The notes beneath the pieces were generated by a model. The model worked only from the letters and a program-made list of their open reading frames with translations, made no database searches and was not told where the DNA came from. A stretch of DNA of 64,000 nt, taken from Pseudomonadota bacterium (GTDB lineage Bacteria > Pseudomonadota > Gammaproteobacteria > JAKAQQ01). The translations under genes were made by a program, and so were the position numbers. The stretch covers positions 20,392 through 84,391 of the forward strand of contig DAHVLZ010000037.1 of the NCBI GenBank assembly GCA_027320085.1, read 5' to 3'. Below are positions 55,413 through 64,000 of this stretch, in pieces; position 1 is the first letter of the stretch; each line of letters starts with the position of its first letter.

Positions 55413-56315
55413 ATGATCCTGAGACTCGCGAGTCGGCGCTCGCCCTTGGCCCTGACCCAGACCCGGGAGGTTGCGGATCGGCTGCAACAGCTCGACCCTT
55501 CCATCGAGATCGAGATTGTGGCGCTTTCCACCCGGGGTGATGAGTTGAACGACCGGTCGCTCGCCCCCATCGGGGGCAAGGGCCTATTCATCAGTGCGCT
55601 CGAAGAAGCACTGCGGAATGGGCGGGCCGATGCGGCGGTTCATTCCTTGAAAGACGTCCCGGTCAATCTCGGTCCCGAGTTCGAGATCGTGGCGCTGCTG
55701 CCGCGGGGCGATCCCCGGGATTATCTAGTGGGTGCTGGGGATCTTGATGAGCTACCGGCTGGTTCTTGTGTCGGTACTTCGAGTCTGCGCCGCCAGAGTC
55801 AAATTCTGGCCCGGCGTCCTGATCTGCACGTAGTGCCGGCGCGGGGAAGCGTGAATTCAAGGATTGACCTGATTGGGCAGGGCCGCTGCGAAGCCGTGGT
55901 GCTCTCGCGGGCCGGGCTCGAACGTCTGGGTCTTCGGCCGGCCGGACAGTCTCTGGATCCGGAAGCCCATGTGCCCGCTATCGGACAGGGTGCCATTGCG
56001 GTGGAATGCAGAATAGAAACCTCCCGGTACAGGGAATTGTTGGCCGCGTTGCACGATCCGGACTGTGCACGCAGTACGGCCGCGGAGCGGGCATTCGGCC
56101 GTGGGCTCGGCGTCGATTGTTCGGCCCCGGTAGGGGCTTGGGCGGGGTGCCGGCACGATGGAATGATCCGGCTGCTCGCGTTCGCTGGTTCAGTGGATGG
56201 TCGTCGGGTCCACCGGGAGTCCCTGTCCGGCCACGATCCCCAGTTGCTTGGAAGTCAGCTAGCCAAGAGGTTCCATGAACAAGGTATCCGAAACTACTTT
56301 GCGGCGACGCCCTGA
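55413..56315 (+). CDS. hemC: Hydroxymethylbilane synthase
   Basis: SRRSPLAL.Q, GGKGLF, VHSLKDVP, GTSSLRR. Confidence 0.96.
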   Translation: MILRLASRRSPLALTQTREVADRLQQLDPSIEIEIVALSTRGDELNDRSLAPIGGKGLFISALEEALRNGRADAAVHSLKDVPVNLGPEFEIVALLPRGDPRDYLVGAGDLDELPAGSCVGTSSLRRQSQILARRPDLHVVPARGSVNSRIDLIGQGRCEAVVLSRAGLERLGLRPAGQSLDPEAHVPAIGQGAIAVECRIETSRYRELLAALHDPDCARSTAAERAFGRGLGVDCSAPVGAWAGCRHDGMIRLLAFAGSVDGRRVHRESLSGHDPQLLGSQLAKRFHEQGIRNYFAATP

Positions 56316-57090
56316 ACCCAAGCCCCTGGCCGGGCTAGGGGTGCTCCTGACCCGACCAGAGGGCCAGAATGAAGCGCTCGCACAACGTATTGAGAACTTG
56401 GGAGGGCGTGTGTATGCTCATCCGATCTTCACCATCCGTCCATTGTTCAAGACGGCGGCCACGCCGGCGGTACCCCACCCCAACCGTTACGACTGGCTGA
56501 TTTTTGTGAGTCCCAATGCGGTGGAACATGGCTTTAAAGCCTTGGGCCAACGCTGGCCCCGCCGGGCAAAGCTCGCAGCAGTGGGAGAGGGAACGGCCCG
56601 TCGACTCCATGAACTGGGCGCTCGCCAAGTCTATGTGCCGAGCGAGGGCTTCGGCAGCGAGGCTTTGGTGGACTCGCCGGATTTCAAGTCGGTTCGTGGG
56701 CACAAGTTCCTTGTCCTGCGTGGACGGGGGGGGCGGGACTGGCTCGCGAGCCAGCTGACCTCTCGTGGGGCCGATGTTGAAACTCTAGAGATCTATGAAC
56801 GGGTGCGGCGGCCGACCACCGGCGAACTCGAGGAGAAACTGTTCGAAGGTGATCTTGATGTCGTGACGGTGACAAGTGCGCAAACCCTCCTTGCTCTGAT
56901 CGAGGGCCTGTCCGACGAGGGTGCGGTCCGGCTCCGTCACCTGCTCCTGCTGACCGCCGGCAGCCGGGTGGTTGAACTGGCCCGGATCTTGGGTTTCGTG
57001 CGCCCCCCACTCATCGCAACCGGACCAGGCGATGAGAGCTTACTCCGAACGCTCCTCGAGTGGTGGACAGGGCCTGAGGAGGAATCCTGA
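56275..57090 (+). CDS. hemD: Uroporphyrinogen-III synthase
   Basis: LLTRP, FVSPNAV, AVGEGTA, RGRGGRD; follows hemC. Confidence 0.93.
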   Translation: MNKVSETTLRRRPEPKPLAGLGVLLTRPEGQNEALAQRIENLGGRVYAHPIFTIRPLFKTAATPAVPHPNRYDWLIFVSPNAVEHGFKALGQRWPRRAKLAAVGEGTARRLHELGARQVYVPSEGFGSEALVDSPDFKSVRGHKFLVLRGRGGRDWLASQLTSRGADVETLEIYERVRRPTTGELEEKLFEGDLDVVTVTSAQTLLALIEGLSDEGAVRLRHLLLLTAGSRVVELARILGFVRPPLIATGPGDESLLRTLLEWWTGPEEES

Positions 57091-57129
57091 CATGTTCGAA
57101 CCGCACGGGAGACGCAGGGGATCTGGTCC

Positions 57130-58161
57130 ATGAGCAAGACTGATACCAGTATGGCATCACCGGAGACCACCCAGCCTCGGAACCGGGTATTGTCCGCGAT
57201 CGCTTATGGCATCGTCTTGGCTGTAGCCCTGATTGCTTTGGTAGGGGCCTTTTGGAACTGGCGGGAGGGCCGAGCCACCCGTCGGGAGACCGGGCAGATC
57301 AACACGGTCATCGGCCAGCTCAATGGAAGACTGGAAAATCTGTCCCGGCAGGTAGTTCCCCGCGACGAGTGGCTGCGTCTCGAGACCCGGCTCGCACGGG
57401 AGCGTGCTCGCGTGTCGGGGTTGGAACAACGCCTTGGAGCCCTCGAAGGTCGCGTCGCATCGGACCGTGAGCAAGTAGCACTTCAGGGGGCGAGCCTGCT
57501 TTTGAGCGTCGGGGCCCGCCTGGCACCGTTGGAACCAGGTGCGCGCTGGGCACGAGGCGTACTCCTTACGGCCCGCGATCTATTGGGTCCATGGCCTTCT
57601 GCCCGCCTCATGCCGTTGCGACGGCTGCTTCAGGCCGACATTCGGAGGCTTGATGCTTTCTCCCAGAAGCCAGGACTTCGACCAGGACACGTCCTTACGA
57701 CGCTGGCACTCGTTTCTCCACAATGGCCGCTCATGATGCCCCGGCCGCTCTCACCCCAAATCCGGCGCCCCGGAGTCGTTCATGGATTCTGGGCGCGGCT
57801 GAGCGGGTGGCTCACCCGGCTTTGGGGGAGCCTGGTCACGATTCGGAGTTTGCCGGAACGCGTCTCGCCTCCGCCAGGGCCACGGGAGGCTGCCCGCCTT
57901 CGTCTTCGGCTCGCCCTTGATTTTGCCTTGGCACGGATTAGCTGGCTCAGTGGGCGCCGTAAGCAATACCAGAGTGATCTCACGCTTCTCCAACAGTTTA
58001 TCGTGCGGCACTTCGAGACCCGTGATGCCGCAGTGAAGAGGGGCTTGGCCGAACTAGAGTCGATCCGCAATCCACCGCATTCCTTCCATTGGGCCCCGCT
58101 CCTCGCTGCATTGCGTGCCGCCCGCATGCCGGTGACGGCTCCGGTTCGGGCCGACCCATGA
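57130..58161 (+). CDS. hemX: HemX-like membrane-anchored coiled-coil protein
   Basis: Position between hemD and hemY; TM + coiled coil; LVTIR and YQSDL...HF motifs (divergent). Confidence 0.7.
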   Translation: MSKTDTSMASPETTQPRNRVLSAIAYGIVLAVALIALVGAFWNWREGRATRRETGQINTVIGQLNGRLENLSRQVVPRDEWLRLETRLARERARVSGLEQRLGALEGRVASDREQVALQGASLLLSVGARLAPLEPGARWARGVLLTARDLLGPWPSARLMPLRRLLQADIRRLDAFSQKPGLRPGHVLTTLALVSPQWPLMMPRPLSPQIRRPGVVHGFWARLSGWLTRLWGSLVTIRSLPERVSPPPGPREAARLRLRLALDFALARISWLSGRRKQYQSDLTLLQQFIVRHFETRDAAVKRGLAELESIRNPPHSFHWAPLLAALRAARMPVTAPVRADP

Positions 58162-59357
58162 AGCTTTTATGGTCAGTGTGGGGTTTTGCGGCGGGTGTCC
58201 TTCTTCTTTGGGTTTTGAGTGGACTCTTCCCCGGGGGCTGGGTGGCGATCAGGATCGGACACCAGGAAATCGAGCTGTCACTCGTCATGCTGTTCCTCAC
58301 AGTGATCCTCTTCTACGGTTTCCTGCTGCTTATTTCCACTCTTCTGGCGGGATTCGGCTGGTTCAGCCGCAATGTACGGGATCCATTCTCACTGCAGTGG
58401 CGCATCGGCCGTCGGCAGTTGGTCCGTGGCGTGATCGAGCTCGCGGAAGGCCGCTGGATCCGGGCAGAAAAACGGCTTGTCCGCTTTGTCCGGTTGAGCG
58501 AGGTGCCGCTTGTCAATTACCTGTGGGCGGCTCGTGCTGCCCAGCTCAATGGCGCCGATGAACGTCGCGACCAGTATCTCCGTCAGGCCGCAGACAGCAC
58601 GCCAGAGGCAGCGTTCGCGGTTGAATTGACACAGGCGGAGTTACAACTGGCGCGAGGTCAGGCCGGACTGGCACGGACGATCCTTGAAAAGCTCGCAACG
58701 TGGGATTCTGCAAACCCGCAACGGCTGCGTCTTCTAGCCCGAGCCTTAGACGCGCTCGGAGATTGGTCGGGGCTCGAAGCTCTCTGGCCAAAGCTCATGC
58801 AGGGGAGGGTCTTGAGGGAGAGTGAACGGATGACCCTGGAGCAGAAGCTGATCATTGGCCGCATCCATGCGGCTGCCCACCCTGGTGGGGCGGCCGGAGT
58901 TCTCAGGATTTTCCGGGAGCTCAAGTCCGGGCATCGCCGCCACCCGGAGGTGGTAGATGCGGTAGTTGAAACTCTGGCTGCGATCGGTGCCACCCGCGCC
59001 GCTGTCGAGCAGCTGGCCGAATCTTTGCCTCAGGTCTGGAGCGAGGAGCGGGTTATGCGCCTCGGCCGGCTGGCTGTCTCTGCGGGTGCGGTTGATCTCT
59101 TGGTTGCAGCCGAACCCTGGACCGGGCGCAGTCCGGAAAGCGCCGGTCTCCATTATGTACTTGGCCTTTTGTGCGAGTCCCGTGGTCAGCGAGGCCGTGC
59201 GCGCGCCCACTTTGAACGCAGCCTGTCAGTGCGTGTGGATCCGGAAGTCACGCTCGCTCTTTCCCAGCTGCTGGAGGAACTGGGTGACCTGGAAGGCGCC
59301 AAGGAAAAAGCCCAAAAGGGGCTCCGCCAGCTTATGGATCAGGAGAAGGGAACGTGA
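58158..59357 (+). CDS. hemY: HemY-like membrane TPR protein
   Basis: Two TM helices, LAEGRW.RAEK, AARAAQ...RRDQYL, TPR repeats. Confidence 0.85.
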   Translation: MKLLWSVWGFAAGVLLLWVLSGLFPGGWVAIRIGHQEIELSLVMLFLTVILFYGFLLLISTLLAGFGWFSRNVRDPFSLQWRIGRRQLVRGVIELAEGRWIRAEKRLVRFVRLSEVPLVNYLWAARAAQLNGADERRDQYLRQAADSTPEAAFAVELTQAELQLARGQAGLARTILEKLATWDSANPQRLRLLARALDALGDWSGLEALWPKLMQGRVLRESERMTLEQKLIIGRIHAAAHPGGAAGVLRIFRELKSGHRRHPEVVDAVVETLAAIGATRAAVEQLAESLPQVWSEERVMRLGRLAVSAGAVDLLVAAEPWTGRSPESAGLHYVLGLLCESRGQRGRARAHFERSLSVRVDPEVTLALSQLLEELGDLEGAKEKAQKGLRQLMDQEKGT

Positions 59358-59588
59358 GCGTCAACGCCAGCCGGGTCGTGGTTGGCTCCGATCGGCGGAG
59401 AGTCACGAGCAGGAGATCCCGGGTAGGCGAGAGTGTAGCGCCTGGAACAAAACAGGGGACGGATGGAGGTATACGATTCAGTCGGATTGAAGGGCGGGTT
59501 GCCTGCAAAGGGGGACCGGCCTGCGACTTGGCGCTCTACCACAAGATTTCTCAGCGGTTGAGTGCAAGAGGGACGAGGACGGTCGTTG

Positions 59589-59951
59589 ATGGTTGATCCG
59601 GTCTGGTTATGGGTGGCAGGGATGGGTTTCAGTGGAGCGCTCCTTATCGGACTGGGAATGGTGTTCCACCTGCTCCGTGGCCGAGTCCCGCGCATCGGCT
59701 GGGGCATCTTGCATGCCACGCTAGCCACATTGGCTACGATTCTGCTCATTGTCTGGCTATCCGGCCTACCCCATCCGGATCTTCTCCTCGATGATGCGGC
59801 CCTGTTTTTCGCCATGGCTTTCCTAGGGGGTCTGACACTGGCAGGACTCCAGCTCGCCGGCTACCCTGCGCCTGGCGTGATCGTTTTTCTACACGGATTG
59901 TTCGCTGCGTTTGCCATGGTGCTCTTCGTGGTCGGTGCAAGTCGGCTTTAG
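59589..59951 (+). CDS. Small four-TM membrane protein of unknown function
   Basis: Hydrophobic 120 aa ORF with His residues in TM segments; GAGG RBS. Confidence 0.7.
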   Translation: MVDPVWLWVAGMGFSGALLIGLGMVFHLLRGRVPRIGWGILHATLATLATILLIVWLSGLPHPDLLLDDAALFFAMAFLGGLTLAGLQLAGYPAPGVIVFLHGLFAAFAMVLFVVGASRL

Positions 59952-59961
59952 GCGGGTTGGG

Positions 59962-60651
59962 ATGAACTGGGGAGCCGGCGTGGCCGAGGCAGGATCCCTT
60001 GAATGCCTTCAGCTCGGAGAGTGTGGTCTACTCTTGCGCTGGCCACAGGAACCGGCACCTCAACTGTCTAGGCGGATCCGGGCGTTGGGAGAAACTCTCG
60101 ACCAGAAGCCGCCCCCGGGCTTAGTGGAATGGGTGCCCGGTCTCCGTTCGTTTGCGGTCTACTTTGACCCGGCCCGCTTTAGCCGTGCCGCATGGGTTGA
60201 GACCCTGACGTCGTTCTGGGAGAGCCTGCCGGAAAATCCGGACCTCCCGGTCCGGTCCTTCGAGGTACCGGTCAGGTATGGAGGGGATGACGGGCCCGAT
60301 CTCGCCGATGCGGCACACAAAGCCCACTTGGATCCGGAACATTGGATTGCATTGCACGCCGGTGTCATCTATGAAGTACTTCTGGTCGGCTTTGCTCCCG
60401 GATTTCCCTATCTTGCAGGGTTGCCGGAGGTATTGGCCGTGCCACGGCGGATCACACCACGGCTTCGTGTGGCTGCCGGCTCCGTCGCGGTTGCCAACCG
60501 CTTGTGCGGGATTTATCCCCGTGAAAGCCCAGGTGGCTGGACCTTAGTTGGCCGCACGGATTGGATTTGCTTCGATCCCGGGCGGTCCCCTCCTGCCCGT
60601 TTTGCAATTGGAGACCAAGTCCGTTTCCATCCTGAGAAGGGTTTCAGATGA
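59962..60651 (+). CDS. pxpB: 5-oxoprolinase subunit B
   Basis: VPVRYGG..GPDL, GFAPGFPYL, YPRESPGGW. Confidence 0.92.
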   Translation: MNWGAGVAEAGSLECLQLGECGLLLRWPQEPAPQLSRRIRALGETLDQKPPPGLVEWVPGLRSFAVYFDPARFSRAAWVETLTSFWESLPENPDLPVRSFEVPVRYGGDDGPDLADAAHKAHLDPEHWIALHAGVIYEVLLVGFAPGFPYLAGLPEVLAVPRRITPRLRVAAGSVAVANRLCGIYPRESPGGWTLVGRTDWICFDPGRSPPARFAIGDQVRFHPEKGFR

Positions 60652-61691
60652 AACGGAGTGCAGAACAGGGGGTGGGGCAGGTTCTCGTGACCGAAGCCCG
60701 AGGATGTGTGACCCTGCAGGACGAGGGTCGCCATGGATTCCAGCGTATCGGAGTGTCGGTCGGTGGGGCCATGGATCCCCATGCCGCAGAGCTGGCCAAC
60801 CGCCTTGCCGGCAATCCGGCGGACGCAGTCTTGATCGAACTTGAGAGGTCAAGCCGACTGGCCCTCCGTTGTGAGGGGTTGAGCAGACTCGCTCTCGCCG
60901 GTGCCTGCGTTCCGGTCCGTTTGGATGGGCGACCGGTGCCGTTCTGGGCTCGTATTGAAACCAATCCATCGCAACCGTTCGCGATCGGGATTGAGGCAAA
61001 CCGGGAGTCTGGACGCTGGAGTTACTTGGCTCTTTCAGGTGGATGCCGACTAGTCCCGGTGCTCGGCGGGTTTGGAACCGACCTCCGTGCGGGTTGGGGA
61101 GGTGTGGAGGGCCGAGTGCTCCGTTTGGGGGATCGGATTACGCTGGGACGGGTTCCCAAGCAGTCGATGGAACATTCCGGTCGGTCCGGTTGGCACATCC
61201 GGAGTCAGGTCTCCCCTGACTTGAGACCATCGTCCGGGATCCAGGCCCGGGTCCTGAGGATCCTGCCGGGAAGTCACTGGAATGCTTTCCCTCCTGAGGT
61301 CCGTCAACGCTTTCTGAATGCTCACTACTTGGTTACACCAGATTCCGATCGCATGGGTTATCGCCTATCCGGGCCCCTCCTCCATCCGGATCCGCGGCTT
61401 GAGATAGACTCTGAACCGGTGACGTTCGGCTCGATTCAGATTCCGCCTGATGGATCGCCCATCGTCCTCATGGCGGATCATCCCACACAGGGTGGATACC
61501 CACGCCTGGCCGAGATCATCAGTACAGACTTGGGGATTCTGGCACAATGCCGGGCCGGAACGAAGGTGGAATTCCGACACGTTGACGAACAAGTCGCCCT
61601 CATGGCCCTTCGGGAGTGGCGTCAAGGGATGGCGCGTCTCTGGGTCGGGCTTGGTTCCGGGAATGAGGCCCGCTTTCGCGGAAAGGCGTAG
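60648..61691 (+). CDS. pxpC: 5-oxoprolinase subunit C
   Basis: LQDEGRHG, SDRMGYRL, GSIQIPPDG.PIVLMAD, TQGGYP. Confidence 0.92.
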   Translation: MKRSAEQGVGQVLVTEARGCVTLQDEGRHGFQRIGVSVGGAMDPHAAELANRLAGNPADAVLIELERSSRLALRCEGLSRLALAGACVPVRLDGRPVPFWARIETNPSQPFAIGIEANRESGRWSYLALSGGCRLVPVLGGFGTDLRAGWGGVEGRVLRLGDRITLGRVPKQSMEHSGRSGWHIRSQVSPDLRPSSGIQARVLRILPGSHWNAFPPEVRQRFLNAHYLVTPDSDRMGYRLSGPLLHPDPRLEIDSEPVTFGSIQIPPDGSPIVLMADHPTQGGYPRLAEIISTDLGILAQCRAGTKVEFRHVDEQVALMALREWRQGMARLWVGLGSGNEARFRGKA

Positions 61692-61692
61692 C

Positions 61693-62469
61693 ATGCGTGA
61701 GAAAGCGGAGACCAGATCCGTGTGGTCGATTGATCTCAACGCCGACCTCGGCGAAAGTTTCGGTGCATGGCGGATGGGCGATGATGAGGCCGTGCTGTCT
61801 TGGGTCAGTTCCGCGAATATTGCCACGGGCGCCCATGCGGGCGATCCGCTGACGGCGGTGCGTACGCTCCGCTGGGTCAAGGCCCGGGGGGTGGCACCCG
61901 GGGCGCATCCCGGCTGGCCGGATCTCGCAGGTTTCGGCCGGCGCCCCCAGACCTTTTCGCCGGACGAGACCTACGCGATCGTGCTCCACCAGCTGGGTGC
62001 GCTTCAGGCCTTGGCCCGAGGCGAGGGACTGGTTCTCCACCATGTGAAACTCCATGGCGCCCTCTATCACCAGGCGGCCAGCGAACTGGTCTATGCCGAG
62101 CCCGTGGTGGAAGCCATCGCGGCCATTGATCCTGCCCTTTTCGTGTATTGCCCGGCCCTAAGCGTCTTGGCGGACCAAGTAAGACGGCGGGGTCTGCGGG
62201 TCGTTGCCGAGGGATTTGCCGATCGCCGTTACCGCCCTGATGGCCGGCTGGTTCCGCGTACCGAACCCGAGGCACTCATCCGTGACCCGGATGAGGCCGG
62301 CCGCCAGGCCTTGGCGCTGGCGCAGCGCCCGGCTGGAGAGACTCAGACGGTTGCGACGATCGGACTGCATGGAGATGGCATCGAAGCCCCCCGCCTAGCC
62401 CGTCGCGTCTATGAGATATTGACCGGTGCTGGCGTCGTGATTGCCCCACCGGACGCGGCCGGGGCGTGA
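61693..62469 (+). CDS. pxpA: 5-oxoprolinase subunit A (LamB/YcsF)
   Basis: IDLNADLGESFG, HAGDP, GAHPG, HVKLHGALY, FADRRY. Confidence 0.93.
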   Translation: MREKAETRSVWSIDLNADLGESFGAWRMGDDEAVLSWVSSANIATGAHAGDPLTAVRTLRWVKARGVAPGAHPGWPDLAGFGRRPQTFSPDETYAIVLHQLGALQALARGEGLVLHHVKLHGALYHQAASELVYAEPVVEAIAAIDPALFVYCPALSVLADQVRRRGLRVVAEGFADRRYRPDGRLVPRTEPEALIRDPDEAGRQALALAQRPAGETQTVATIGLHGDGIEAPRLARRVYEILTGAGVVIAPPDAAGA

Positions 62470-63341
62470 GGCTCAAGCCGCTCATCGACCGGGCACCAGC
62501 GGCCTGGCTCCTCGCCATGACCGTGATCTGGGGCTATACCTTCGTTGTGGTGCAAGCCGCAGTGGCGCATATCGGGGTTGTCGAATTCTTGGTTTTGCGC
62601 TTTGCGGTCGCGGCCTTGGCGCTTGCGCCTTGGGCATTTCGCGAGGCTCGGATCCATGAATGGCGGGTCGGATTGGGTCTGGGCGGCACACTGGCGCTGG
62701 GCTACCTGTTCCAGACATGGGGGCTCGAGCGCGTGACCGTGACCGAGAGTGGGTTCCTGACCGGCTTGTTTGTGGTTTTTGCGCCGATTTGGGCTGCAAT
62801 CCTTTATCGGGTGCACTTAGGTCGGCGAAACATCGTGGCGGTGGCGCTCAGCATTGCTGGGCTGGGATTTCTTCTTGGGGGCTGGAATTTTCACCTCACG
62901 GCAGGTAGCCTCCTCACAATCGCCGGTGCCCTCTGCTTCGGGTTGCAGATTGCGCTCCTCTCGCGATTGGGGCCGAGTTGTCGTACCGGAGCCCTCACGT
63001 TTACCCAGATGGCGGCCATGACCCTGTGGTTTATCCTGCTTCTGCCGGCTGGAACACACTGGCAGGATCCGCTCAGCGGGAAGCTCGTCCTCGCGCTCCT
63101 CGTGACGGGTATTGTAGCTTCGGCCTTTGCGTTCTATGTGCAAACCCGAGTACAGCAACGATTGTCGGCCGCGCGAACGGCTGTGATCCTCGTGACTGAA
63201 CCGTTTTTCGCGGCTCTCTTCGGACACTGGCTGAACCACGATCCTCTGACCGGCCCAGTGGTTATCGGAGCGGTTCTGCTTTTCCTCGGTATGCTGGTCT
63301 CGGAGTTGGGGTTAGGCCCCTTTGGGCGTATCGGGAGATGA
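62466..63341 (+). CDS. DMT (EamA) family transporter
   Basis: IWGYTF, ten TM segments, EPFFAALF. Confidence 0.9.
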   Translation: MRLKPLIDRAPAAWLLAMTVIWGYTFVVVQAAVAHIGVVEFLVLRFAVAALALAPWAFREARIHEWRVGLGLGGTLALGYLFQTWGLERVTVTESGFLTGLFVVFAPIWAAILYRVHLGRRNIVAVALSIAGLGFLLGGWNFHLTAGSLLTIAGALCFGLQIALLSRLGPSCRTGALTFTQMAAMTLWFILLLPAGTHWQDPLSGKLVLALLVTGIVASAFAFYVQTRVQQRLSAARTAVILVTEPFFAALFGHWLNHDPLTGPVVIGAVLLFLGMLVSELGLGPFGRIGR

Positions 63342-63473
63342 CCCTTCCGCCACGGTGAGTGGATGCCTCCGGATGGCAGTGTGGCTACATCGGGTTGAGA
63401 CAGGAGAGGTGTATCGCGTGAAACGGCTTTCTACCGGGGGGCACGGGCGTGAGGGTGGCTGTCCTGATGCTTC

Positions 63474-63503
63474 TTGACTGAGAATTGCTTTTTAAGAGAT
63501 AAT
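63474..63503 (+). promoter_or_regulatory. Probable sigma70 promoter of the tRNA-tuf operon
   Basis: TTGACT, 18 bp, GATAAT, ending about 22 bp before tRNA-Tyr. Confidence 0.55.
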
Positions 63504-63525
63504 ATCGGGCTTTCGCAGCCGAGCC

Positions 63526-63611
63526 GGAGGGGTACCCAAGCGGCCAACGGGGGCAGACTGTAAATCTGCTGGCTTTTGCCTTCGTAGGTTCGAATCCTAC
63601 CCCCTCCACCA
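63526..63611 (+). tRNA. tRNA-Tyr(GTA)
   Basis: GCAGACTGTAAATCTGC anticodon arm, long variable arm, CCA end. Confidence 0.97.
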
Positions 63612-63630
63612 GATCCGTGGAAGGGGGGAG

Positions 63631-63704
<74 letters not shown>

Positions 63705-63722
63705 GCTTGTGCAGGTGGGCGA

Positions 63723-63798
<76 letters not shown>

Positions 63799-63872
63799 GG
63801 TTCCGGTCGGGTGCAAAAGCTTCCCCCGGCGTCCTGGTCGCCGGGTTCATGATCAACAAGAGGTAGAGTCAC

Positions 63873-64000
63873 ATGTCGAAGGGGAAGTTTGAGCGGACGA
63901 AGCCGCACATCAATGTGGGGACGATCGGTCATGTGGACCATGGGAAGACGACGCTGACGGCGGCGATCACGAAGGTGATGGCGGGTCGGTATGGGGGGGA
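63873..64000 (+). CDS. tuf: Elongation factor Tu (5' partial)
   Basis: [33 protein letters not shown] after the Tyr-Gly-Thr tRNA cluster. Confidence 0.98.
   Translation, partial: MSKGKFERTKPHINVGTIGHVDHGKTTLTAAITKVMAGRYGG

Noticed and set aside
59354-59596. 80 aa ORF or structured RNA between hemY and the membrane protein gene
   Set aside because: No recognisable protein or RNA motif; left unannotated

Overview
GC-rich chromosomal window from a Gammaproteobacterium. Most of it is housekeeping: envC, pntAB, priA-argS-SPOR, hemH, fatty-acid genes, ttcA/queD, cysQ, rlmJ, ubiA/ubiK, P-II, speA/speE, algZ/algR-hemCDXY, pxpBCA, six tRNA genes and the start of tuf. Two things stand out. (1) A near-consensus sigma70 promoter is followed directly by a fluoride (crcB-motif) riboswitch at 11331-11378. 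It leads a six-gene Hyf-like membrane complex whose large subunit has lost all four Ni-binding cysteines (an Ehr-type complex, not a hydrogenase). No Fluc/CLC-F exporter is in the window, so this is a candidate fluoride/HF-stress ion-translocating system. (2) A compact cyc1-cyc2 iron-oxidation module closely resembles the Acidithiobacillus proteins but has reversed gene order, no adjacent cox or rus genes, and an FNR-type box at class II promoter spacing. Together with Arg-rich exported proteins, this suggests an acidophilic, probably mixotrophic, iron oxidiser (inference). All calls come from motif recognition by eye; no database searches were run.
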